From: Ptychomitrium polyphyllum
Taxonomy: Eukaryota
Assembly: GCA_973851085.1 (NCBI GenBank)
Contig: OZ316775.1
Coordinates: 12,896,001 to 12,960,000 of the forward strand
DNA: 64,000 bases
Direction: 5' to 3'
This document shows, piece by piece, positions 13,116 to 26,160 of this stretch. The stretch's first letter is position 1; each line of letters begins with the position of its first letter. The notes beneath the pieces are model-generated. The model did not search any database, was not told the origin of the DNA, and saw only the letters and a program-made list of their open reading frames with translations. Made by a program: the position numbers and the translations under genes.

Positions 13116-16100
13116 ATGCTGTACATTTGTCATTCTGTTATTCAAAAAATTCGGAAAAGATCAAAATAAACTTAATAAACCTTCAAATAAGTTTTTGTAT
13201 ATATTTTACACATAGTTTGTTTGCACCAGTAGATAGCATTTTCTATATGCGTTATGCTTCAAAAATTTATATTTTTTACAAATCAATTCTTATTTTTTTT
13301 ATAAATGTATCCTATTTATATTTTATGAAGGATTCTATCATTAGAATTATCTCTTGAATTATGTCAAAAAGAAATTATTTCCAAGACTTATGGTAGTAAT
13401 TTTGTATGTATGGAAATAATATAGTAAGTAGAATTGAAACAACATTCAATATTTATACTAAAGTGACCAATTTGAATACATTATTTCAATATATTCTTAA
13501 AATAGAATTATTTTAAAAGCTATTTTTCTCTTTTTTTTTCTGTTTTTTGAAACCTTGCCTTTTCAATTGAGTTTGTAAATTTTTTATAAGTTTTTAATTA
13601 TAAACTGGTAACTATAGAGAGTTTTTTTTAGTATAATCTTTGTTAGGAAAATTAATGATATATGCTTATGATTTTAGAATATAAAGAATTATATTTAGAT
13701 GTTAAAACTTAAAAGTATTTCAATTTTTTGAGTTTAAATGTGTCATTATCACTATTATGCAAAAGTTGGAAATCTCAAAAGCACAATATGTTGGGAAATA
13801 GAAATCCAAGTAAATTATGATAGATTTTAATTTATTATGAGTTATATAATAATAAAAATGGTAATAAAAGGAACATTGAAAGAATACTTATGTTTGAATG
13901 ATGATTGTATTGGTAATAGATTTGACATATGGTAGTGTTTAAAATAAGAATAGGTGGTTTTACAAAATATAAGTTGACAATTAAACATTGATTTTATAAT
14001 AGTTATTGTACATCCTTTGAATAATTCATAGTTATTGCATGAGGCATTAGAAAATAATGATTGTATTTTTATTATTTTTATAATTTCAAATCTAATTATG
14101 AAAATGGTTAAATAAAAGTTTAAATATTGAAACTTAGCTAAATCTTTATTATAGTGGTATTAGGCTAGATGACCTCAAATTATGAATTGCTTTTGCATTA
14201 ATCATAACAAGTCAAAAAAGTCATCAAAAGTTCAGTCATTTGTTTGGTAAAAATGGATAAGTTAAACCACAACATTCTCTAAAATGTAAAAAGACAGTTG
14301 AAACCAAAAGAGTTGGACCTGCAAAATTCCCAATTATAAACATTTATAATTTTTTTCACATTGTATCCATTTATTATGTCAAGTGTGTTTAGAGCTCTTT
14401 TTTGTTTGTAGATATGATTCCATACAAAATAAGAAATAAATCAATTTAACAACCATTATGTTCATTTGCCTTTAAATCGTGGTAATGAATGTTGGTGCCT
14501 TAGAGATGATATATATGAACTACCAAAGAATGTTATGCTGTAATTGAAAGGTACCTGTTATTGGACTTTTTTGAAATAATTCATTTGCAAATTCGATAGA
14601 TTCAAATAATGAGAGTAGAAATGAAAATGAAAAAATAATACATCATAATTACTAATAACAATAACAATTTATTCGCCCACTACAGTGGCAAAGAGTCTCA
14701 TTAGTCTTTGACTCAGTACTCAGAGGCACAAAGCACATTGGGTTAGAGTGGACTCGACCTTAAAAGTCTTGCAGCAATATAGAAGACATGGGGCCAAATT
14801 CCAGATAAGTTAAGCTCATCTGAGCACGAGATGACGTCAAAAGTCAACTAGCAGGTCGCAGGTCGCAGGTCACACCCAGGATGCCCAAAATTGCTCCAGC
14901 TTTCCACTCACAGAAGGGTTTCGAACTTACTCCAATCACAAAATTTGTGGAACCTGGAGTTCTGTTTTTCTAGAGTTTTCACTTCATAGGCACCATAATG
15001 CCTCAAGGCTGGGCTACATGAGCTACCCATGTTGCACCGTAGCACCTTGCTCTCAGGGGCAGACTGCTTCCAGCGGAATCCCAGGAGAATGACCGACATT
15101 GGATGTAAGCAGAGTAGGAAAATTCACCCCTGCCCAAGATCCGCAAAACCTGGGGTGTGGTGTGGGGTCGCAGCTTTGGTGGTGGAATTATATTACGGCT
15201 GCTTTACGCAGTCTCCCGTCTCCAGTCTCCCGTCTCCAGGGGGCCATGGGAGACGCAAGCCAAAATACTCAGCCCAAGTCATGATGGGTATTATATGCAA
15301 AGAACGATCCCCTGCACACGATGGGCAAAGTCTCCCTTCGATCCCTTCTTGGTCGTTTATCCTAAATACATTTTTCAATCTTGTTCACCAAAAAAGGGCT
15401 TTTTGCAATATTTACTATTATGAAGGCAACCAGCTCATTTTTTCATGCATCTTCAAATTATTCCTCCTATGCGCAATAAGGTATAAGGTCTTACAAGAAC
15501 ATTTTAAACTTTTTGATTTATCATATTATAGAAATTTGCTAAGAATGACATAAATTCCTTCCATGCACAAAGATAAAAAGGTGAAGCCTTTTTGCTCCAA
15601 TATGAGCTTGTTACCCTTACCCTTAGTATCTTGTGAATTTTGGGGTGGTCTCTCTCAATTTGATGTTTGTTGTATTTTGGTAATGCTGATGCAATATTGT
15701 GTATTGAATTTTCGGAGGAATGAATGAAGAACAGGTACCTTAGTAACTCATTGTCTTATATGTTAAATTCTTGAATGTCCTCATAAACTTTGCTTTACTA
15801 ACATTACAACAAACGGTTTTTTCAATAAATTTATTACACTTTCAATACAACTATAAAGTACTTCTTAACTTATGAATTTCAGAACTAGAAAAGATATTGA
15901 AACGGTCAGCATCCATTAAAATTTGGAGTTTGCAATGCTTGCTAGATTTCTTCTGAAAATGAAAATTGTAGGCACTGTTGAGTTGGAAATTTTTGTATTC
16001 AGAATCAAGTGTTCTTTAGGGTGCATGCCAAAAACAACATTGGAACGCATGTATTTTATTTTAATTAAAATCAATATTCAAATCTTAAAAAATCTTAAGA

Positions 16101-19100
16101 AATTTACAGTGTTTCTATCATGAAATTAAATACCGCCTTAAAAACCTCACATCATATCCATATCATATCCACATCCTAGGACAATCAGTCTACATATATT
16201 CTAGCATATTCCAATCTACACAAAGGTCCAAAGTCTTTTAGGCCTTTAGAAATAAATCTAGTTATTTTGGATCAATTTTGGCAATTTATAATTAAATCTT
16301 AAGAAATTTAATTAGGAATCCATTTTATGTAAGCTTGTAAAATCCTTTGTATGTAGTTTATTTCTAAAACTAAAATTTATTTCTAAACAGATTATTTGAA
16401 TGAATTTCAAATGAAAGAAAGTTAATTTTTGTTTTATCAAATATATGAAAAAAATTAATTTTTGTTTTATCAAACATTGTTAATTAGAATTGTGCCAACA
16501 CATACCTTTAGCCCTTCAATTCTTTGATCTTTTATTTTATAAAATTCATTGGCTTGCTTTCAAATAAAATTGTAATTAAATTTTTTTATTTGAAGAAGAA
16601 TTTCTAAAAATAAAATTCCACCTTCATTAGAATGATCTTTAATTAGACCATTAAATACTATGTAGATTTTTTAATAAACTTTATCAAATAAATTGATCAA
16701 TATTAATATCTCAATAAAAATAAAAATAATTTTTTTGCATCCTATTTAAAAAGATCAATGTACTTTCACACCTCTTGGAATAAAAAATTTAAACTATGAT
16801 ATATCAAATTTTCTATATTACTATAAGAAAAAATATATTAGGCATTTATATATCAAGTTTGATAAATAGAAAAGAAGTGCTGCAGAAGTCTTGCAATAGA
16901 AAGAAGTTCAAAACATTCTCTAATACAATTTTTTTTCATATTTCAATATATTATGGAATTTCAATCCAAAGAATAATACCAAGATTTTTCTTTTATTTTG
17001 CAATAAGAAGAACAATATTATAGAAAGAAATATTTTTTAAAATTTTTATATTTAGAAATGCAATGGACAATGCATATGTATTTGCATTGATTTCATAAAA
17101 ATAGCAAACTTTGATTTTTCTTGAAATGAAAATTTTATATTACATAATAGTTTTTAAATATAAAAAAGGTTTAATTTTTAGTTTTTTTGGTTTATAAAAT
17201 CTCAAAGTAAATCATATCAATTATATGTATATTAGATCTTGAAATAAAGAAATGAAATAATATAATTAAACACACAAAAAGTTATAAGAACTATGTAAGA
17301 CAACTTAATTTTTTTCTCATTGTTCAATGATAGTAATTTTTTATCTCCAAAATTCTAATTTTTTTTTGTAGTTTTTATTTATTTTTAGATATTCACATTA
17401 AAGATTGATATTGTAGAAGCTTGTCCATGATCCTAGAACAATCTTCTTATTAATAAACCACTTCAATAAATGATTTGCTCAAGAGTTGAAATTTAATTAT
17501 TAAATGATTTATTTTTCATATAGCTTGAAAATTAAGCTCCATTAACCATAGTGCCAAAGTGGATTTGTAATTAGGACAAGATATGGAATCTAATGCAAGT
17601 AATAGATGTAAATTTGATGTAAATAGAATCACTTCAATTCCTCTATTTTAAAAGATGTAAAATAAATTTGTATAATTTCAATATGTATGCTCCATAATTC
17701 AATGACATATTGTACAACATTAGTATATATTTTACATTTCATACATATCTTCAATATACATATTATATAATCAAAATAAAACCTTAATATATAACGTACA
17801 ATTAAAAATATACTATAAAGTCTCAATATATACTTTGCTATATGCTTATTTCCTAATTAATAAAAATTAAAGTGAAAGGCAATAAAATTTATATAGAGGT
17901 GATCACTTCCAGATCCCGAGACTTATACAATTCAAGAATGTTGGATTGTAAGCTGGCCTTACATGCAATGAAATACATCTTTCTAATTTCTTTTGGTGAA
18001 TTTCATACAATCTCTTTTATTTAAATAGTATAATTAAGTAATTGGAAGTGTTTTAAAACTCCATTTGAGGTGGTTATTTTGGATTCCTAGTGTGACCATA
18101 TATCCTATTCTTTAGAGTTCAAATACAATTATATTACATAAATTGTGTTGTTTTTGTTTTATACAAATATGCTCATTGTTTCTATTATTTGATATTTTGA
18201 AGTTAAAGAATTAAAGGATCTAATTAAAAAAAAAGTTATCCACTAATATACTTCCAAATTAGATTCCTTGTAGTTACTTATTAGGCCTTCTTCTATAACT
18301 CTACAATGCTAGATTTTTCATGAAATCTTCAATTAGGCCAATCAATTGGATCTATGTTAAATTATAATAACTACAATTTTCTAAAAGCTTATAAAGAAGA
18401 ATTTCCTTCATTTAACCTATTTATATAGAGTTCTTCTAATCCTTTCAACCTCTTATACTCTATCTTCTTTCTTAAAAATATTCTTAATGATTGAAAAGCT
18501 TTGGAAAGAGTCTTCTTGGACCCAATATTCCTCCTTGAAAACCTATATGGATGTAACTAAGCTTAGCCACTATTGATCTAATAGTACAAATTTTGTGGAA
18601 TTAAATCTATTAATTGCAAGTCTAATAAATGGAGGTCTCAAATGACCAAAAGAAAGGACTATCATCTAAGGTATCTAGTATGTCTAAAGATTTAATTAGT
18701 TCTTTAGTTAATAGGGTCTTATGGATGTTGTAAGGGATACAACACTCTTTTGAAGGATGACTTAATACTACGAACAACAATATTATAATAGTGCCCTAAT
18801 TCTTCCATTAGTGTTAAGTATCCACTAAATATTATTTACAGTTATATATGACTTGGATGCTTTACTATAGTAGTGGTGCAGTGCAGAATCATGTGGCTAA
18901 GAAAGGTTATGTTTTATTAAACTGTGGTGGATACATTAGTTGAAATTTATTCTAAAATGACAACTTTACCTTTTAATTATGGTTGTGTTCATATATTGTA
19001 ATGTTTATGTGTTTCTGTAAGGGAAGGCCCATGCTTTCAATCGTATCATCCTCCGCCCTTAAGAGTTGCTGTTCTCATTCTTTATGCAATGAATTTCTTG

Positions 19101-20199
19101 TCCATTTGCGCAAAAAATAGAATATAACTAAATAAAATAAAAATAACATCCATTCTGTGTGAAGCATATGCATCGAGAGTCCACAGGCAGAGTATCCTCA
19201 TTCCTCTGGGCTCAGCTAATTAGCTGCTGACAAGCAGTCATCCCCTAAGAATATGGAAGTAAAATTCAGGATATTGAAGAAGTTAACTAAGTCAGTATTG
19301 GCTGTTACAGGAATGTATTCTACATGGACAAATCTGGAGCTCTTATTACCATTAGATTTCTTTATGCATGCTTGAATCATGATGGAATTTTGCAAAAAGT
19401 ATTCACAAAGCCAGTGTGTTCAGGACTGTGGCTGGTTCTCTATACCAACAGTGAACTTGTTTAATGACTCAATCAGAAAATCTTGTGTCATTTTGACATG
19501 GGGTATGATACCAAAATGAGTAAGTGTAACATCCCACATTAATTTCATGTCCTCTTATATCAAAATGTTAAAAAAACATCAAAATGACATTAATTCAAAT
19601 GATGTATAAGCATCATCATTGTGTCATGAGTTTTATTAATGTAAAATTTACATGAAAATGGTATAGATTAACATGAAATCAAGGTAAAGTTCTATGTGAT
19701 TTTGAAACCATTTTGATCTATGACATTGACATCAATGTCATCAAATGATAGGTTATGAAGTGATGTTATTGATGTCATTTGAACATCAGATTATTGTCTC
19801 CAAGTTTACTGATAAAGACCATGAAATCAGCCAAGAGCTTGCAGGCCCTAACAAAGCATAAGGCCTGTGGAATCTTCAGCCCACTTAACTGATCCAAAGC
19901 CATTGCATACTTGGGTGACACTAGAGTTCTGGTAAAAACTTTACTCAAATGAGTAAAAAGGTCCTAAATGTTGGTGAAGAAAGGTTGTATGTAAGCCTGC
20001 CGAAGCGCATTGTGCCTAAAATTAGAGCGCACAATACTAGACGTTGTATTCAACACGATCTCAGAGCTAGTGTGTGTCATCTCGAGCTATGACATGTTTC
20101 CTGACATGAGCTATGACAATTCTCGTACCTGTAGTAGCCTGCTACGTCATTCCATATGCTCCATCACCTAGAAGCCCTAAAACATGTGTAAGCGGTGCT

Positions 20200-21170
20200 C
20201 CCGCCGCGCATTGAAGCTCAGCACATGGAAATGATGCTTTGCAGAAACCAGCATCGAAATGCATGATTGCAGACCACGAGCGTCGAATTCCATCAGTGGT
20301 GCGGCCAGGAGTTGGTTTTCTTCGCAATGATGTGAGCAATGGTGCCTCGAATGATGCAGTTTTCTAATGGTCCATATCAGCACTACACAACGCTTCTTTG
20401 GAAGCCTTAGATTCTCTATTATGGTGATGCCATGCTTCAGAAATATTCTTGACTTATTTTGAGAGTGTTGCAATTTCAACATCGCTCTTGGTAAAATGTT
20501 TATGCCTTCCTCTCTTGAATGAAATAGCTTCGTTAGACGAGCCTACTTACTGCCGGTTAAATTTTTTGTTACTACCCGATGAAGGTTCTTTTTGAAGCAT
20601 AATTTACAGAATCTTGTCCCATTATTGTAATGCTATGATTAAAGAGCTTCTTCGGGGCTTGCTGATAGCATTGAAGGCACGACCTGAATTCATGTACTCA
20701 TACTGGAATGGTTGCGCAACATGTTTTAGGTCCTCTCCAACTTCTTCCTAATTCTGCAAAATAAGATTAGGTGTTTGTAATATGCATGAGATTTACGGTT
20801 CTTAAAGATTACCTCCATGTAGTTTGGTTAGCCTCATTGTGAGAGCTGCACATTATGAATGATGTATGGGAGTCTGCTGTTGGAACAAACTCGACATCGT
20901 TTGAAATCGATAAGATGAACAATCCGGCGTCCTTGTCATAAAAATCTAGATTCTTTCTGTTTGTTGAAGTCACACATGGTGGCGTGAAAGCTTAATATAC
21001 AACTGCATTGCTCAAAAGGTTCGTGAATTCCTACATGACTAAAGGTCTTAAGTTCCAATTTCCAGTAGTGGTCATCTTCCTTCAGTGCCTAAAATCTGAG
21101 ATATCAGTGCACAATCAGGAATTGGATTTAATTATGGTCCTGGTTGTCATGAAAACCATTTGGCTAAACA
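20200..21170 (+). pseudogene. Possible eroded relic of a URB1/NPA1-like nucleolar pre-ribosomal protein gene
   Basis: Colinear motif fragments LKARPEFMYSYWNG...PTSS*F (20671-20754), TALLKRF (~21002-21022) and LDLIMVLVV (~21122-21148) resemble the NPA1 N-terminal region as recalled; many stops and frameshifts. Confidence 0.35.
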
Positions 21171-21609
21171 ATTCCGGAATCAAAGACTGAAACTGCACTG
21201 TATCTGGAGAAGTAGCAAAGAAAATATGGACAGGTTAAAACAAGTACCTTCTAGAGTCAGTAGCCTGTAATGTATCATATGATTGGAAGGAAGCAATGCA
21301 TGTGACAACAATAGAACGCAGGTTGAAAGTAGCTCAATATGAACACAATAGTTGATTGAAGTTCCAGAATGCAGTAACAAAAGAAGGTCGCATGAACCAA
21401 TCTAATGCTTTACTAGAGCTCCAAACTTGGAATATGAAGCCACTGATGGCTTATTGCTCTAATGGGGATAATCATTTGTGCCATAATGCTTGTCACAAAT
21501 CTACTGCTGGGATTGAAATTTGCGCATCTCAATAATGAAGCAAATGTCACTTACTATACACACCAAAAAAACATGAAGTATTAGCAAGTCCCTGAAAAGC
21601 TCTAGAGAC

Positions 21610-22392
21610 TTAAAAGATATTAGCCGCCGTGAATGAGACTACAGAAACGAGGAGCACCGTGCTCGGAATGTTAAGCATGACATTTGCGGCATCATTTTTT
21701 GGGGGGCTGGCTGTCTTGGGTGCAGGCTGAGCGATGATTCCTGGAGCCTTAGAAGGAATATCTGCAACCAGAGGAGCGGGTGCTGCTGCAGGTGGCACTA
21801 CACCCTTATTGTATTTTGCTGTATCCATCACAGTGCTAATTCCTTGGACAGATACCTGACCATCGGCGTAGATGTCGGGGTCTGAAACGGCGGAGTCGTC
21901 TAGTCTGAGGCCGTTTTTGCCTGTGCTCGTTATGTATATCATCACATTTGGGGAAGCTGTTGGAATTGTTGAATTGAGAGGAAGGTTCGACAGCTGGTTG
22001 TAGTTGTAGACTGAAGTTGCCACGTGATAGTTCAACGTGGTCATCAAGAGGATGGAGGAGTTCATATTGAGGCCGCTGAAGGCTCCGTCGTCTGGTGCAA
22101 ACAGGGTGATTCCTTCCTTGATGATGCTACTTTCGGCGAGACTGTCCAGAAGGCCCGAAATGGCGCCGTAGTGATTTGCCGCTCGTAGCGCAGCAACAAC
22201 TTTGTCGTGGAGAGTCAGAGGTTTTGGAGGAGGTGCTGGTGCTAGTACTGGTGCTGGCGCTGGCGCTGCAGTTATGGCTGCTTTTGAGCTCAATTGATCA
22301 GCTAACACTCCTGAAAAGAGAAGAGCGCAACATGCCGCAATGGCAAGGACCGTCCATCCTTGGCCTTTGAGAAAGAAGTAACTTGCTGTCAT
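21610..22392 (-). CDS. FLA: Fasciclin-like arabinogalactan protein (single FAS1 domain, probably GPI-anchored), 260 aa, intronless
   Basis: N-terminal signal peptide; AP-rich AGP regions flanking a FAS1 domain with H1 (TLFAPDDGAF), YHV and H2 (VQGISTVM) motifs; hydrophobic C-terminal GPI signal; intact ATG to TAA. Confidence 0.93.
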   Translation of the reverse strand: MTASYFFLKGQGWTVLAIAACCALLFSGVLADQLSSKAAITAAPAPAPVLAPAPPPKPLTLHDKVVAALRAANHYGAISGLLDSLAESSIIKEGITLFAPDDGAFSGLNMNSSILLMTTLNYHVATSVYNYNQLSNLPLNSTIPTASPNVMIYITSTGKNGLRLDDSAVSDPDIYADGQVSVQGISTVMDTAKYNKGVVPPAAAPAPLVADIPSKAPGIIAQPAPKTASPPKNDAANVMLNIPSTVLLVSVVSFTAANIF

Positions 22393-23049
22393 TGTGTTGA
22401 GATCACGAACAGCAGAGCTTCTCTCTCTTGCAAGAACTGGATCTGCTCTCGTGCTTGTTGCTCAAGAGCATGCGCAAGCTGGTCCTCGTATTGCTGCGCA
22501 AGATTCAACATCATTGTCGTTCTTAGTTATTAGCCTTGATTATCTTTCTAATCTAACAAGCTGTAAAGTCTGACTTGGAGGTTGAGATGAAAGAGTACTA
22601 ATAAAAGCAAGCATTGTAAGCGTGGAAACATCTAATGAAGCAGTACTTCGATGACAAAGCCGGCTGGCGAAAGATGGACCTGATCACAGGTAAAAAAGGT
22701 GATCCGGAAAACCAGGTGCATTTGCACTTTTTCTATCTGTACACAGCTGCCCTAAATCAATGAGTGCCCAGCATATATACTTCTGAAGTCTAATCCAAAA
22801 ACTAGGAGGAAAGAGCATTGCAAAGAATGCCTTATGCCTTTTAATTCCGTTCCGCATCTACAGTGATGCAACTTCTGTTATTTTGAGAGCCGAAAACTTG
22901 AATATAGGTTGATTTGCTAGTAGACGAGAGGTCGAAAGGAGATCCAGAGGCATCAGCGAACTACTACCTTCCGGTTCTCTTGAAGGTTTCACAGGAAAAT
23001 GTACCTATAGCCCTAAATCGAGAGCAGTCCCGTAGTTCCTAGCTGGATT

Positions 23050-23930
23050 TGCGTTACTGATATCAGAATGGACAAGAATAGGCGTTACATGACTCGATAG
23101 TTCAGCCTTCAAGCACCTGATACGAGGAGCAGGTGGCGATGCAGTACAAGAACAAGATCATGTCATAAAGACATCATGCACTCCTACCTTGAATATGTGT
23201 AAAGCTTACCAGAAATACGAGAATGGATAGCCGAAGCACCAGATGTATATGGACTACGTATCAATGCTGACTTCTATGGACTGACACTGTTGCTTGTGTT
23301 GCCATTAGAACAACAAGAATTCCTCTGGTTGAACTCTGAACGTCCTCGTTTAACTGCAGCATCGAATGAGCTCAAAAAAATCGTCAAAAGAGACTGAAGA
23401 AAACCTGAGAGGAATTCTAGACTTTGAGATGTGTCACGTACAGAGATGAGCAAGAACTTGATAACATTGAGCGTGCACGAGGCTGAAGAGAGGTAAACAT
23501 CACTCCTTGGGGGTTCCTAACACTTCTTAATAACTAAACTCAATCTAGCTGCAAGCTCAAGAAAAACCCAAGAAAGCAGTGAGTACTGAAGTGACAACAA
23601 TATGCAAGACATACATTGACAATCGAGGGGGTGCTTGGCAGGGAATCTTACTCAGTATACAAGGCGCATCCTGTGCAATATTGCCGGGTGCATGCAGAGG
23701 AGGATGAGGATATGAACAGCACTTTGTAGACGCTGCATCAAGGGATTGGGAACTGATGAAGAAAGCTGGGCTGAGTTCATTAATGTGGGCCAAATTGATC
23801 ATGATGGATGCACAACTTTATTCCTGCACAGCTTGATGGGTACATTCACAGCTTGGATTCTGCGTTGCTACTGCCGTGCGGAGATGGACGGCCCTGACTT
23901 AGGCCCCTATGATTGCCTCGCCAGACGACA
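23050..23930 (+). pseudogene. Degenerate annexin gene
   Basis: Endonexin motif CIKGLGTDEE (23734-23763), preceded by frameshifted IEGVLGRESYSVYKA/LCNIAGCMQ/EQHFVDA and followed by SLDSAL..RAEMDG. Upstream pieces resemble repeats 1-3 (QVAMQYK..KDIMH, FNCSIE..ETEENLRGIL, YRDEQELD). Confidence 0.6.
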
Positions 23931-24599
23931 GCGGCTGTCAACCCGATCCATCAATCTAGCTGGACTGCTTACCTCAAACTGCAGCAGTGTATGTGCCACT
24001 CTAATTTCTCGCTTGTCGAGTTTAAGAATCTTGATGATCATCGAACTAGCCTGTCTCGTAAGTGAAGTGATTGATAAGGTTGCAAAGAGGTGGGACTTCT
24101 TGCATTGATGAATTGCAGTATGTAGGAACGCTTTTGCATCCACCAAATAAGTTTTGGAATTACACGAACTCCAAAACTGTAGTATTGTCCTAAACAGTGA
24201 GGCAGACAAAGATTGTCGGTCAACACCCAATTTTCCTTAAGCGCTATATACCAACCGTATCCACTTTTGGCATTTATGAAACCACTATGGTACTATTATT
24301 AGTGTTATGTCAGGATGTGTTGCTATTGCAATGCACATTCATAACAAAGAGAGAAAACTGCTTGATACCCTACTGCTTAGCTAAATACTGGGTTGGGTGG
24401 AGCAGTTGGATTGGGTCTCCTCACAAGAGAAAGTAATTTAAATAAAATCTGAGAAGCTCGTTAATCCCTCACCAATTACGTGGAGGGATGTCAGCACGAA
24501 GTTTGATTTGAGCTATCCATGATATGTTCTTTGATGCCTCTGTAAAGGGACTAAACAACTCATCATGCAATAGGTTTTTAGAAAATACAGAATATTCAG

Positions 24600-26160
24600 A
24601 GAATTTCTGATATCTGTGTTTTGTCCAGAAAGGAACACTCAAGAGGATGGCAGTGCTGCACAAGGCTGGGAAGTGCAAATCGTACAGCAATGATAACTAG
24701 GTTATGCCAACTTTGCAGTTCAGTCTGTAGCACGCAAGGATATGGATCAAGGACGGCATTTCCTGAATTTTTCTGTGACAGCTGTAAGCTTATTAAATTG
24801 AGAAAAAATTCCTGCGTGGGTCACTCATAGCTTTGCAAAAGGTCTATACGCTTTAGTTCCAATCTACATCCAACATAACGTAGTGTAAGGCATGCGTTTT
24901 AGAGGAATGATCTGGCTACACTCTGAATTCTTCGTTGTTTTTGAATATTGGTCTGCAAATACACTTATAAATATGGTTATCTCAAAACTCTGTTCAAAAT
25001 CCGTCTAGATCCACATTTGTGATTCATTGTTAGATCTTTTCTGTGGGTCTGCACTCAAAGCATGACCAGTATGCTTAATAAAATGGTTGTGAAGGAGGTG
25101 ACAAAAGAGGAGCTAAATACTTCACAGATCATTGCTGTGAGGCATGTCGTTGCAAGATTTCTGTGTCCAGTTGCAATACAATGGCTTAACAAATTGGCGT
25201 TTTCAGCAGTATTGTCACGACGAGAGTTGGTAGCGTGTCAGGATGGATGACTGTCATGTCAGTACAGCACTGAACATTTAAATTGTTACCAGGAGCCAAG
25301 TCCTCCGTATTTAAATTTCTGCACTAACGATTGCATATGCTTCTTGTCTGGCAAGGCAGAGAGGAAGCTGTTGTGGATTCAACCTGGTAACATTACAGCG
25401 GGGCACTCAGAAAAATGTTATGCATACTGCAGTTTACATTCAAAAAATACCCAATAGTTTTTAATAGAGACTCTGCACATTTTTCAAAAGCATATTCTAT
25501 ATTTAATTAGTCTTTCAAAATCAGAAGCATGTACAATGAATATGCTACTACATGCCTTACACAAATTATAGAGACAATCACCTTGTACACAATCATTGGA
25601 TCTGTTAACAGCGTAATTTGCCTAAGGCTTACATTGTCAATCCAATGCAAGTTACAACCTGTCATATTCACTAGGGCAACCTCCAGTTCCAAATTTTACT
25701 ACATAAGTCACTGTCCTCATTGCCATTCTTTCAGTGCCCTCTTGGCTTCAAGCCCAGATGCAACACTGAGCCTAGGCTTTCATCTTCACTTTGTGAGTAC
25801 TAAAGATTTAACAAGTATCAGTGGTGCCATACATGTACCTGAGGGTTAGTCAGCTCCACTTAGCTTGTAAATACATGCATCACAATGTCCAAAATTAGGT
25901 CCATCTAGTTCCTTCACAGGCAACTCTGAAGTGAATGTTGTTGGTGGTACCAACAACTGGAGAGATGTATAGAATGCCTAAACTTGCATTTTGGGTGGTG
26001 GACCACAATTTTGATGGTAGTCTATTTGGAGTACGGAAAAATTGAGGATGCTTGGAAATAATGATAACCATGTATGAGCTCGATTCTCTGTATCCAGCTA
26101 TGACAGCTGTAGGACATATGCAAGTTCTGGAAATAATGGACTCTTTTGAGCATGTTGCTG
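24600..26160 (+). pseudogene. Degenerate PLS-class pentatricopeptide repeat (PPR) gene
   Basis: Scattered PPR motif fragments: TAMIT/GYA..QGYG (~24684), ANTLINM (24955-24975), EVNVVG (~25929), TILMVVYLEYGKIEDAWK (26005-26058), AMTA..YASSGN (~26097-26136). Confidence 0.55.

Noticed and set aside
14832..15553. 174-aa ORF and TGACGTCA motif as a gene
   Set aside because: Non-ATG start, no recognisable domain, runs into AT-rich sequence; a single motif is not evidence.
20370..20405. HYTTLLWK as a CAP/PR-1 motif
   Set aside because: Isolated weak match with no flanking CAP motifs.
25284..25393. TGTTACCAGG/CCTGGTAACA inverted repeat as a pre-miRNA
   Set aside because: Only a 10-bp outer stem with poor internal pairing; no mature miRNA recognised.
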